Positions 42,868-53,800 of a stretch of 64,000 bases of DNA are shown in pieces. Under the pieces are notes generated by a model. That model made no database searches. It worked only from the letters and a program-made list of their open reading frames with translations, and was not told the DNA's origin. This stretch comes from Balanoglossus misakiensis (lineage: Eukaryota > Animalia > Hemichordata). The stretch lies in contig JBECUI020000041.1 in NCBI GenBank assembly GCA_040954595.2, positions 41,106-105,105 on the forward strand. The letters are read 5' to 3'. The translations under genes were made by a program, and so were the position numbers. The first letter of the stretch is position 1. Each line of letters starts with the position of its first letter.

Positions 42868-43072
42868 GAGCATGAAATTGAAGAAGCTCATTCGCTTAGC
42901 AGAAAAAACTCATTTCCGCCTATGGGCGGGAAACCGCCGAAAAAGCTTCCGGCAGGCATTTCTCTCTCCTCTGGGGGAGAAGTTTCTGCCCCTTCCCCAC
43001 GGTCCCCCGCCGGGAGCCTTTCTCCCCCCTGACCCCCATCAATATTTTTTTATTTAAGTTAAGGAGAATCTT

Positions 43073-44488
43073 ATGTTGAGAATCAGCCCCTTTTTCCGTT
43101 TTCTGTCAATCCTGCCCCTATGGGGCCTCGTCTCGGCGGCCTGCTCTCAGGAAGCTCAGCTAGCCTCCGCAGAAGCCCAGGTACTCGCCATAGAAGCCCA
43201 AGAAGCCCCGGCGGGCATGGTACTTAACATCAACGAAGAAGACAAAGAAATCACCATTCTTCGTACAGACGAAGCGGAAGTGGATACCGTAACCCTTCAA
43301 TTCACCCTTTCCAGCAAAGCCAGCATGACCGTAGACGGCGCCCCCCTAACCGGAAACCAGTACAGCTTTCCCCTGTTGGAGACCCAGCGGACCTACACCG
43401 TGGAAATAACCGCAGAAAACGGCGAGAAAAAAAACTATACAGTCTATCTGGGCTCCCTTAAGGAAGCCTCCCTCCTGCCCCCCGCAGACCTTACAGTCCT
43501 CATGCAGCATCAGTACGGCGTGGAATTACAATGGACCGACGTCAACACAGAAGAAGCACATTACGCCGTCTACCGAAACGACATGCTATTAAAAACCCTG
43601 CCGGCTAATTCCCTCACCTTCCTGGATGAACCGGGAATAGACTATGAAAGCGCCGCCCCCCTTATGGATATGGGAACCGGCAACTACACCTACAAAGTGG
43701 CCGCCGTGGATGCCCAGGGAAATACCGGAACCGCATCGTCGGTGGATTTAACGCTATTAGGAGGAACCAAAGTGTCCTACCGCCAAGCCACCCATTATCC
43801 CGCCGGCGTCTACCCTGAAGTTCTTGTGGACAGAGAAAATAAGGATCTCCGGATCCGGAATTGGCCAGTAGTGAGCAACTTTGAATATACGCTCTATTTA
43901 GGAACTTCAAGTACCGGAACAGCAATAACTTACATGGAACATCCCTTAGCAAGCCCCTTTTTGGAATACCTCTACGCGCATATCTCTCTCTACAACAACT
44001 CCCAGACTTTCCTTGAAAGCAACCAGGGAGAGCATCCCCTGGCTATCTATCCTGAACCCTATCTGGGCGAAACACAGGGTACGGGGGCCGATGAACAATT
44101 TGTGTATTATCCGCATATTAGAGAAGCCCTGTTTCAGCCCAACGAGCAGAAACTGTATACTTTCACCACAACCGGTTTCGCCGTAAATCCCTTTGAAATG
44201 GCGGTTATGCTTACCCACCCCCGGGAGCTGCCGCCTCCCCCTATCAACCTGCAGAAAACGGCCTCAGGAGAATCGCTCACTTGGGAGGCCGCTTCCTCTG
44301 AAAGCAGCAACCCGGTAAACAGCTATCTGGTAGAATACACAAGCAAATTCCAGCCCTGGACACCCTTGTCATTGATCGATTCAACCTCTCTTCCCCTGGA
44401 AGGAGAGCCCAATACAGGAGGGCGGTATCGAATCAGCAGTGTCAACAACGGCGGAATAAGTTCGGGAGTAGAAATCTCCGTAGAATAA
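43073..44488 (+). CDS. Lipoprotein with Ig/cadherin-like and FN3-like beta domains
   Basis: VSAAC lipobox, ITAENGEKKNYTV, VELQWTD..YAVYRN..YTYKVAAVDAQGN. Confidence 0.8.
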   Translation: MLRISPFFRFLSILPLWGLVSAACSQEAQLASAEAQVLAIEAQEAPAGMVLNINEEDKEITILRTDEAEVDTVTLQFTLSSKASMTVDGAPLTGNQYSFPLLETQRTYTVEITAENGEKKNYTVYLGSLKEASLLPPADLTVLMQHQYGVELQWTDVNTEEAHYAVYRNDMLLKTLPANSLTFLDEPGIDYESAAPLMDMGTGNYTYKVAAVDAQGNTGTASSVDLTLLGGTKVSYRQATHYPAGVYPEVLVDRENKDLRIRNWPVVSNFEYTLYLGTSSTGTAITYMEHPLASPFLEYLYAHISLYNNSQTFLESNQGEHPLAIYPEPYLGETQGTGADEQFVYYPHIREALFQPNEQKLYTFTTTGFAVNPFEMAVMLTHPRELPPPPINLQKTASGESLTWEAASSESSNPVNSYLVEYTSKFQPWTPLSLIDSTSLPLEGEPNTGGRYRISSVNNGGISSGVEISVE

Positions 44489-44523
44489 AAAAGCCAACTC
44501 TATACCCCTGCTGATTAAGAACA

Positions 44524-44655
44524 GGGGCGTTTCCCCGCCTCACGGCGGGGCCGGGCTGCTCCGGGCTCCGCTACCGCTCCGGCTCACCCGCCTAAAGGCG
44601 GGTGGATCTGTCCGCCCGGCATCGCCGGCCGGACACCCTCCGCATCCCTAACGCA
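44524..44655. repeat. GC-rich multi-hairpin intergenic element
   Basis: GGGGCGT...CCCCGCC-TCAC-GGCGGGG...ACCCGCC-TAAA-GGCGGGT...CCGGC-ATC-GCCGG...CATCCCTAACGC. Confidence 0.6.
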
Positions 44656-44830
44656 AGCCTCTTCCCCTTAGAAACCCCAGCTATCCCCCAACCCCCTCTC
44701 CTTTCTGTTGTTTTGTTTTTTAAATATGATATAGCATTGTAGAAGAATAATAAATTTTAGCCTTATCACTCATCAGTCAAAAAAACCACATACCCGCCTC
44801 GGTATATATCATCTTAATAAGGAAACCTTT

Positions 44831-45938
44831 ATGTTGGGAATCAGGTTTTTTTAGTTACTTTTTGTTCGCATCGGCGGTATTTACAGCCTCTGTGTTATTT
44901 TTAGTAAGCTGCGGCACCGTCCCCGCCAACCAGGCCCTCATCACCGGTATTTCCGCCCTGAATGCCCCCGCCGGTATTACCGCAGCGTTAAACGAAGAAA
45001 GCAAAACCCTCACGGTTGACTACACATACAGCGTCACCGCCGCCGAACTGGCCCTCTCTTTGGATATTTCTCAAGGTGCCAGTGTCTCGGTAGACGGCCA
45101 CGCCATTGACGGGACAACCATTACGGTTCCCTTGGATTTGAATTACTTCACCTTAGAAAAAACAATCCCTATAGACATAACTTCCCGGGATGCTACCGTC
45201 TCTCATACCTATAATCTCGTCCTGACCTACCATTCTTTATTTCATTTTTCTACAGGAGATACGGAGAATCATACGCAAGCGGGTTCCCATGTATTAGTAG
45301 GCTATGCCGAATTACAGGAAGACCTACAAAATGCCCGCATATACGCCCTTGCCTTACCTGCTGCCAGCGAAGCTCCCCAGGATATGGAAGCATTAAAAAT
45401 GCTAACACCCCCTTTTCAAAAGTATGAACTGGAAAAGGGGAAAGCCCAGTGGCTGCCCATTCTGAGATTGGAACCGGAAACCGATTATCACCTCTACATG
45501 GGAATAGAACATTCCGGGGGGAAATTTTATTCCCCAGTACCGCTGCCCTTAAGAACCGTAGCCCCCCAGCATACCTCGTGGCATACCGTTGCAAGAGATA
45601 TCAAAGCCTACCTGGGGCAAACAATCATTTTACCCATACAAATCATCCCCGGAAAAACATCCCCCCCCTATCCTGAAGTTACACAGCGTACGCCGGAATG
45701 GCGCGTATTCGCTTCTGGCTATCTTGAATATACAGCCTTAGATCCTTCTCTGCAAATGGAAGTGTTAGGAGACGACACCCGTTATTTTCAGCCGGAGAAT
45801 ACACATTTCCATTTCCAAATTTCCCATGTGGGAAGCAGCTTAAAAACCGTAGAAGGGGAATGGGACGTAAGCGTATTCGGTTACACACCCCAGAAACTCA
45901 GCGATGCCAATATCAACATAATTGTAGTGGATGATTAA
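44831..45938 (+). CDS. Lipoprotein of unknown function, ATG out of frame at a T7 tract
   Basis: ATG 44831 stops after T7 (44846-44852). A T6 tract would join it to the frame containing lipobox FLVSC. TTG 44862 is an alternative start. Confidence 0.75.
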
Positions 45939-46020
45939 TATTCGGGAAAACAAACAGCCCCTGCTCAAGGCCCTTAGCGGATCAGTCCCCCTGTCTTTTC
46001 ACGTTCTTTGGCAATAAACA

Positions 46021-46054
46021 GACGGTTAAGCCCCAAACCAGGGGCTTAACCGTC
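46021..46054. repeat. 14-bp inverted repeat
   Basis: GACGGTTAAGCCCC-AAACCA-GGGGCTTAACCGTC. Confidence 0.6.
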
Positions 46055-46534
46055 CCCTACTTTCAAAAACCATGGCCGCGGTAAAGTTCCTTGTGGGTAT
46101 ACGGCGGTTTGGATATAGCAGTGTTCAACCAGGCCATAGAAGAATAGGCAGTCCAAGTTAAGGGGAAAACCGCCTCAAGATATCTGCATATTCCCAACCG
46201 TGTGAGAGAAGCCATTCCCTTAACACCGGAAACCGTTCATTCGGCGCTTCTCGACGCCTTGGAAAAGGATAAGAGAATCAACAAAAACAGACGGGGGACT
46301 AGAGGAAAAAGCTTTGGCGATAACTTTGCCGTAAGGCTCGCCTTTACTGAAGAGGAAAGGCTCAACGTTGTGGTGAACTACTGCGGTCCTGTAGAACAGC
46401 TGGGTGATACCCCCGTCTCCGCAGGCCCCGACAGGAGGGCCTGGCAGCATCCCCCGCCGCTTCCAGCTTCTGCATTAAGAAGAATCTTCTTGTGTAGCAT
46501 TTTCCAGAAAATAGATTATACTCAATGTGAATCA

Positions 46535-46820
46535 GAGAGGCCATGTTTCAGCCCAACCAGCAGAAACGCTATACTCTCAGCACAACGGCTTTCGACGTAA
46601 ATCCTTTTGTTAAAATGGGAATGATTATGCCTACCCAAGCCCGGGACTTAGCGCCTGCCCCCCTCACCCTGAAGAAAACGGCCTCAGGGGAATCGCTACC
46701 CTGCTTAGCTGCTTCCTCTAAAAGCAGCAACCCGCTAAGCAGCCACCTGGTAGAATACACAAGCAAATTCCAGCCCTGGGCACGCTTGTCATTACTCTAC
46801 TCCCCCCCTCTTCCCCTGGA
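46535..46820 (+). pseudogene. Diverged partial copy of the 3' region of 43073..44488
   Basis: FQPNQQKRYTLSTTAFDVNPF...KTASGESL...LVEYTSKFQPW, matching about 44120-44400. Confidence 0.85.
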
Positions 46821-47038
46821 TGACGAGCAAACCGTCCATCGAATTGTTGAAGAAGCAAAGCACAAATTGATCGGTGCTTACTGACTGTGAGAGGTGCACA
46901 ATGAGAATAGATCGTCTTGACCTGCTTGCTTATGGTCCATTCACAAAGCAATCCTTAAACCTTGCTGATGGCAACTCTGGATTACATCTAATCTACGGTG
47001 ACAACGAAGCCGGTAAAAGCACCTCGCTTCGAGCCCTT
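46815..47038 (+). repeat. Diverged direct repeat of 14854-15079 (yhaO end / yhaN start)
   Basis: CCTGGATGACGAGCAAACC...GGTGCACAATGAGAATA...TCGAGCCCTT occurs in both places. Confidence 0.9.
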
Positions 47039-50000
47039 ATTGCATGGCTATTCGGTATCCCAGCCAGGACCAACGACAGCTTTCTGCATTCAAATTCGCA
47101 ACTTCGCATTGGGGGGCGATTGCGGCTTACAGATGGTTCAATTCTCGAATTTATAAGAAAAAAGGGAAACAAAGATACATTGCTTAAGTACGCTACCAAT
47201 GATCCCATGGATGAGAGTTCTCTGCTAGCGTTTATTCCAGCAAGTATTGACGAAAACCTATTCACAAAGCTTTGGGGAATCGATCATGAACGATTGATTG
47301 CGGGAGGCCGTGAATTGCTGGAACAATCTGGCGATCTTGGTCAGGCTCTTTTGAGCGCAGCCGTTGGAACCGCAAATCTACGAGAAGTATGGGCTGCAAT
47401 GCAAAACCGTGCAGACGAGATTTTCAAACCGCGAGGGTCCAAGGCTGTTTTGAACCAGGCAATCACCAACTACAGGGATGCCCAGAAAAGAATAAAAGAA
47501 GCAACCTTGCCCGTATCTGACTGGAAGGAATTGCAAAAAAACCTATCCGATACAATCGCAGCTATTAAGAAAATTGAGAAAGATATTGAAGTAAAGAGCA
47601 AGGTGAAAAGTCGCCTGGAGCGGGTTAACCGTGTAAAGGGAGCTCTGGCTGAGCGTCGGAGTGTTTTGGAAAAAATTGAAGCTTTGGGCCAGGTTGATCT
47701 GCTGCCCGAAGATTTTGATGAAAAGAGAAAAACTGCCAGCAGCAATCTTCAATCTGCCAATGAAACCAAGGAGCGCCTGGAGGCAAAACAGCGCAGCTTA
47801 CAAGAGGAATTGGAATCATTAAAGGTTAGAAACGATCTTTTTGAAAACGAGGAAGTTATCTTAACGCTTCATAAGGAACTTGGAGCCGTTGAAAAAATGC
47901 TCAAGGACCGCCCACAGCAAGATGGCAAAAGGCGTTCGCTGCGCAACGAGGCTAAAACACTGCTCAAAACTGTTCGGCCGGATATTGGTCTGGATCAAGC
48001 TGAAGTTTTGCGAAAACTTCTCAATAAAAAAAAATGGATATCAGGATTGGCCCAAAAGCGCAGCTTGTTGGTCCAAAACAAGGAACAGACCGAAGCATCC
48101 ATTAAAGACATTGAAGACGAACGTCAATCTCTGCAAAGCAAATTGGACAACAATTCAGAATCCGACATTGACTTAAAAGAGCTTAAAGCCGCCATGGCAT
48201 CCGCTCGAAAAGCAGGCAATGTCGAGCAGCGTGCAGCCGAAGCAGAGAAACAGGCTTCTGAGGAAAATGAGGCATGCAAAAACGAACTGATGAGGCTGGG
48301 CAGGTACACTGGCTCACTGGATTCCGTCTTGAAGCTGCCCCTGCCCGTATCTGAAACGTTGGACCAGTTCGAAAAAGACAATGACACATTGCTAGAAGAA
48401 TACAAAAATACGATTCGAAAAAAGAAGGAAGTTGACGATGAGAAGAGGCAGGCAGAACAAGATTTAAAGGCGCTTTTGCTTCAAAGAGATCTGCCGACCC
48501 TTGCCGATTTAGAATCCTCACGGAATCTTAGAAACACTGGGTGGCAGCTGATCAAACGCAAGTATATTGAGAAGAGTGAGCTTCTTGAAAACGAGATTTC
48601 GGAGTACGTCCAAAATGACGATTTGCCATCCACTTACGAAAAAAAGATCGAATCTGCCGACCAGGTATCTGATCGCCTCCGTGAAGAAGCTGACCAGGTT
48701 GTTAGACGGGCAGAGCTGGAATCAAAAATAGGAGCGCTGCAATCGAGAATTGAAGAGCTACGGGGCTCCCTTAACAATATAAAGGAAAGACAGGATGACT
48801 TCCAGGCAAGATGGTCCGCTATTTGGGAACCGTTACAGATAGAGGCTGGAACCCCAAGGGAAATGAAGCAGTGGCTTTTGAGAGTAGAGAATCTTATCGA
48901 AAAGGTCCACAAGGCAAAGCGCTACTCAGCAAATCAAAAAAGTCTTGCCGAAGAGTGCGAGCAACTAAAGCAGACTGTTTCAGGTCAAATTTCAAAATTT
49001 GACCCTTCAGCAGATACACAGGATAAGAGCCTTGAATCCCTAATTTCGTTCTGCGAACAAAGAGCCTTCGTTCTGCGAACAAAGAGCCGCGGAAGAAGAA
49101 GCAATTCGCGAAAGACGTCGCCAGAATGAACATTCATTCAAAGAATCCGAAATTCGTCTAAAGAGAAAACAGGATGAATTAAAGTCAATTGGCTCCGATT
49201 TTTTAAGCTGGAAACAAGAATGGAACGAGGCCATAGAGGGTTTGGGCCTAAAGGAAGATGTTCATCCTGAGCATGCCGCAGAAACCCTTGTTAGCCTGCT
49301 TAACTTCTTTGAAAAGTATGACAAGTCAGAGGAATTGCGCAGACGCATGGATGGGATGGATCGGGTAAAAGCGGAATTCGACAAAAGAGTAATGGAATTT
49401 GCCGACAGCATAGGAGAGCAACCAGAAGGCTCTGAGGCATCGGCGATTGCTGCTAAATTGAATAGCGACCTGAACTCAGCGCGTGAAGCTCGAGCAAGCT
49501 TTAGCAAAATAGAAACCCAAATTAAAGAGATTAAACAGGAAATCGAGAATGCCTATATCACCAGCCGAAATTCCAAGAAACACTTGGCCGCACTGAGGAC
49601 CCAAGCCAAGGTCGAAACCGATGAGGAACTCGTGGCAGCTGGTGAGAAATCAAAAGACAAGCGGGACCTACAAAAGAAATTGGATATGCTCGAACAAGAG
49701 CTCAATAGAAACGGCGATGGCCTGAGCATTGAAGAGCTTGAAAAAGAGACAGAAGCATCGGAAAAGGATGTCATAGAAGGTGAGCTTGAAAAAGTCGCCG
49801 ATGAAATAAAGGAGCTGCATAGCGAACGGGACAGATTAAGAGATCAGCGGCAGACGCTCCAAAATGAAATCAAGGCAAAGGATGGCCGTGCCCTGGCGGC
49901 AAACGCATCGGAAGACGCCGAGGAGCACCTCGCCAGCATTGCTGCAAATGCAGAACAATATCTTCGTTTGCAGACCGCCGCACTCATTCTCGAACAGCAA

Positions 50001-50438
50001 ATCGAAAACTACCGAAAAACAAACCAGGCACCGGTTCTGGCCAGAGCTGGTGAATTGTTTTCAAAACTAACCTTGGGCTCCTACGCAGAACTTCGAGACG
50101 AATTGGACGACAAGGGTAATCCCATCTTGCTGGGAGTACGTCCCAACGACAAAGAGCTTACTGTTGACGCCATGAGCGATGGCTCACGTGACCAGCTTTA
50201 TCTTGCCTTACGCCTGGCCACACTTGAACAGCATCTGAGCAAAGGGGAACCCATGCCCTTTGTCGTAGACGACATTCTCATTGGCTTTGATGACAACCGT
50301 ACGCGCGTCTGCTTGGAGGTCCTTGCTGAATTGGCATTAAGCACCCAAGTGCTCCTTTTTACCCATCACAGGCGCATTGTTGAACTCGCCAGCGAAATAG
50401 ACGCCGATGCCGGTGTTTTCACTCATGAATTGGCTTAG
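46901..50438 (+). pseudogene. YhaN/SbcC-like coiled-coil ATPase, split by a 22-bp tandem duplication
   Basis: Walker A YGDNEAGKST, long coiled coil, MSDGSRDQLYLALRLA, PFVVDDILIGFDD, LFTHH. Duplication 49045-49088. Confidence 0.92.
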
Positions 50439-50943
50439 ACAAAAGACTGGCAACGCAGCCTACGCATGCGCTACATCGAAAATCCAGTTTGAGGCAGGGT
50501 CAAAATTTACTTTCCGAACGGAGAGCCTCCTACGCTACTCTTGTCCTTTACGCTTAACAGACTTGCTGCGAGGTTTGCTGACTCATTGAGTCCTCTGCTT
50601 AGGATATGTCTATATTGTCTTACGCTCCTAGCTTGTCAAACAGGTGAAGCTCGACACCCTCATAACGGAAACTACCCTAGCCCGACCCGTTCAATATGGT
50701 CTTTTACGGAAGGCATGGCTCTAACCTGGTCAAGGGGAATGCTTATGGAACAGGAAGAATACTGAAATTCTTAAAAAACGCTATTAACCCCATGCGCCTG
50801 ACCAGCCTGTTAAGACGCTAATCTACAGAAAAAGTGTTGTCTAATCGATTTTTTAAAAAATATTTAAAAAAAAATTTTGACTGTGACAAGATTTGTCACC
50901 CCCCTTGTTTACACTCACAGCAATTAGCAATGGAGGTCACAAT

Positions 50944-51582
50944 ATGAGTTGCAAAGTTTTAAAGAATTATCCTGCGATGAGTCCGTGGATAGGAAAGCGC
51001 TACAGACGGCAAAGAGAAAAACTCCTTGTTGTAGGGGAAAGTCACTATCTCCCAGAAGACTCCACTATTCATCAAATTCCAAGTCAATGGTATCAGTCAT
51101 CCCAGACAGATCTAACGGCCCAAGAAGTGGAATGGATTACAACATCAGGGATAGTTCAATATGCCATGGACAGTGATTTTGGAGACAAAGCTCATTGGAT
51201 ATATAAGAACATTGCCATGGCAATGAATACAATAAGCAATTTGCCAGTTTACAAAGAAAATCTCAACTGTATAGCTTTTAGCAATTTTTTTAAGAGACCT
51301 GCCTTAACCGGAGACAGTTTAGTTTTTAATCAACAGGATATTGATGTGGCAAGTAATTGTTTTATGGAACTTATCCATGATCTCAAACCAAGCATTACTG
51401 TATTCACATCTGCTTTATCTGGGAAATTTGGTGAGGAAATAGCAAGGCAAAATCAATTGCCCCATTTCACTGTTCCACACCCAACAAGCGCATGGTGGAA
51501 CAGAACTTCAAAGAAATACCATGGAAAATCAGGCAAGGATGTATTTGTAGACTTCCTCAATAAGCGTGGGTGGGGAAAATAA
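50944..51582 (+). CDS. Uracil-DNA-glycosylase-superfamily-like protein, copy 1
   Basis: PWIGKRY..KLLVVGESHY (motif-1-like), IAFSNFF, LKPSITVF, VPHPT (motif-2-like). GGAGG RBS. Confidence 0.65.
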   Translation: MSCKVLKNYPAMSPWIGKRYRRQREKLLVVGESHYLPEDSTIHQIPSQWYQSSQTDLTAQEVEWITTSGIVQYAMDSDFGDKAHWIYKNIAMAMNTISNLPVYKENLNCIAFSNFFKRPALTGDSLVFNQQDIDVASNCFMELIHDLKPSITVFTSALSGKFGEEIARQNQLPHFTVPHPTSAWWNRTSKKYHGKSGKDVFVDFLNKRGWGK

Positions 51583-51593
51583 AGGAGAATTAT

Positions 51594-52421
51594 ATGAAAA
51601 GCAGCGAAAACGAATCGGCAATAGAGCAGTTTAACGATATTTCAGACAAAGTGGATAATCAGGATATCCATAAAGTAGCTAATAAAATTGGAACGATGAA
51701 CAGAGGCGCCTTAGTAAAAGTTTGGGGAAGCATTAAGCAGTTGTGGGCTATGGTTAAAGATCCCCAAGCATCTTGGGGAAGTAAAACTACGGCACTTGCT
51801 GCTCTCGTTTACACGATTTCACCTATTGATGCCATTCCTGATATTATTCCTGTTCTAGGACTCACCGATGATGCTGCTATAATAGCCATTGCCGTAGCAT
51901 CCTTAGGAGCAGCTCTTATGAAATATGCAGAAGAAGATCAGGAATCAGAAGAATTACAACAACTAGAAGTTGATACAGATGATGAAACAAGAGAGTTTCT
52001 TGAAGCCTGCATAACAAACTTTTCATCCTTATTATCGCATGTTGCCCATGCTGATGGCGAACTAAGTGCTGAGGAAGAGAAAAGAATCTCTGAATTAATT
52101 GATTATTTCCTTTTTTCAGAAGAGTTTTTAGGAGAGTCTTTAGAAAAATACGACATAACTGAAACAACTGTGAGAAGGAGAATTCGGAAAATTTTCAAGG
52201 ACCCTCTGCCAATAAAAGATATAGCACAATGGGTACGTGAAGAATTCGAAAGCGAGGAAACATTCTATTTCTTTGCCTATGCTGTCGCAAACGCAGACTC
52301 AGACATAAATGAGGATGAAAGAGAATTCCTTGATTATTTTGCGGACTTATTAGAGTTAGCAAAATATGAGAAAAATAAAATTGAGCGGAATTTTGATCGG
52401 GATTGGTTGCAGTCAAAATAA
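51594..52421 (+). CDS. YkvA/DUF1232 plus TerB-like domain protein
   Basis: ALVYTISPIDAIPDIIPVLGLTDDA (DUF1232), HVAHADGELSAEE and VANADSDINEDEREFL (TerB-like). Confidence 0.85.
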   Translation: MKSSENESAIEQFNDISDKVDNQDIHKVANKIGTMNRGALVKVWGSIKQLWAMVKDPQASWGSKTTALAALVYTISPIDAIPDIIPVLGLTDDAAIIAIAVASLGAALMKYAEEDQESEELQQLEVDTDDETREFLEACITNFSSLLSHVAHADGELSAEEEKRISELIDYFLFSEEFLGESLEKYDITETTVRRRIRKIFKDPLPIKDIAQWVREEFESEETFYFFAYAVANADSDINEDEREFLDYFADLLELAKYEKNKIERNFDRDWLQSK

Positions 52422-52458
52422 AATTTTTATGTACTCTGAAGTTGAAAAATCATACCGA

Positions 52459-52561
52459 TCAGGCCCCAGAGTTCAGGACAGACAGAGTTCTGGGGCAAGC
52501 TGATGGCCTGCCAGGAAGAATAAGGCCTGCCTTGAGCACCTTGTCCAAAGGCTCAAGGCAG
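52459..52561 (+). repeat. Multi-hairpin element (copies at about 53086-53192, 54949-55033, 56493-56576, 58055-58152)
   Basis: GCCCCAGAGTTC-loop-GAG(C/T)TCTGGGGC, GGCCT..AGGCC and CTGCCTTGAGC-loop-GCTCAAGGCAG. Confidence 0.85.
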
Positions 52562-52679
52562 AATAATAAGAAATTTTTGCCCGACTTATGGAGCTGGTTC
52601 TTTCTGGAACATTAAAGACGTCGGCTAAGTTCAGTAATGAAATATACAACCTTGGCAGTACAGTTTTAGGAGGTATAGG

Positions 52680-53042
52680 ATGAAAAAAAAAGCAATAATG
52701 TTGCTTTCGATAGGTTTGGCTTTAGCGGTCTTTATTGTCATGGGTGTTTATATTTTTACACTAAGAAGCATGAGCATCGAAACCCAACTTGACTACGATT
52801 CTGAACTAGCAATACGAGAAAGCGGGGTATCGGCTTTAGAAAGCGAGGTATCGGCTTTAGAAAACGAGGTATCGGCTTTAGAAAACGAGGTGTTGGACTT
52901 TGAGAACGAGGTGTCGACTTTAGAAAACGAGGTGTTGGACTTTGAAACAACGATGCAGAAGTTTTATGAATTATTTGGTCTTAATGAATTAAGCGGCCCT
53001 GAATTAAGCACTCTTGAATTATTGCTTTATGGCCAAGATTGA
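52680..53042 (+). CDS. Small membrane-anchored coiled-coil protein with 21-bp heptad repeats
   Basis: N-terminal hydrophobic segment, six VSALENE/VLDFENE-type heptads, AGGAGG RBS. Confidence 0.8.
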   Translation: MKKKAIMLLSIGLALAVFIVMGVYIFTLRSMSIETQLDYDSELAIRESGVSALESEVSALENEVSALENEVLDFENEVSTLENEVLDFETTMQKFYELFGLNELSGPELSTLELLLYGQD

Positions 53043-53339
53043 AATAAGATTCTTTCTGTAATCTAACCTTGAGAAATCAGGCCGATCAGGCCCCAGAGAT
53101 CAGGACATACACAGAGCTCTGGGGTCAAGCTGGATAGCCTGCGAGAAAGAATATTGCCTGCCTTGAGCACCTTGTCCACAGGCTCAAGGCAGAACGAAAT
53201 TGTTTCCTGGCTGCTCAGGGGCAATGCTTAACGAACAAGCAGAACCATGGAGTTAAAATTCTACCCCAGGCGCCTGTCCAGCCTGCTTAAAACGCTAAGG
53301 CACAGAAACCCTGCTGCCTAAACAAAACAAATTGGCTTG

Positions 53340-53779
53340 GAATGCGCTGGTCGCTGCCCTGCGGCAGGGCTTAGCGATCACTGTGTTGGGAGCCATGAAG
53401 CCCCGACGCAGTGCCTCGAATGCTGGGGCAAGACGACAGGAGAGGCTGCTGTTCAGTCGCTGCGGGGCATGCTGCCAGATAGACAGTATCGCAGCCGATG
53501 CGAGCTTCTGTGGAGAGAGAGAAATCGATGGGTTTGAGCATGGCCGGAGAAGTGGCCCACAAAATACCTGAGTATCAGCACACAGCGTTCGAGACTTCTT
53601 CTGAAGTTCAAGAAACCCAGAACAACCTCAGCCCCCTTGCTGGCCATGAAGAGATCTCTTGGAACATCTCCGTCAAAAAGACAGAAACAAGAAACATCGG
53701 GTTGAGCCTGCTTAAAGCTGCTCTAAGGCAAACGCCAAGCATGGTATTGGCCAGATTTTTTAAATTGATGAGACCCTAA
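53340..53779 (+). pseudogene. Possible heavily eroded ISAs1-type transposase remnant
   Basis: Faint motifs FEHGR, QNNL and RNIGLSLLK only. Confidence 0.25.
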
Positions 53780-53800
53780 CCGCTTCCCTTGGAGGATTCC

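Noticed and set aside
46130-46540. 132-aa ORF at 46202
   Set aside because: Looks like a gene fragment, but I cannot assign a family or boundaries.
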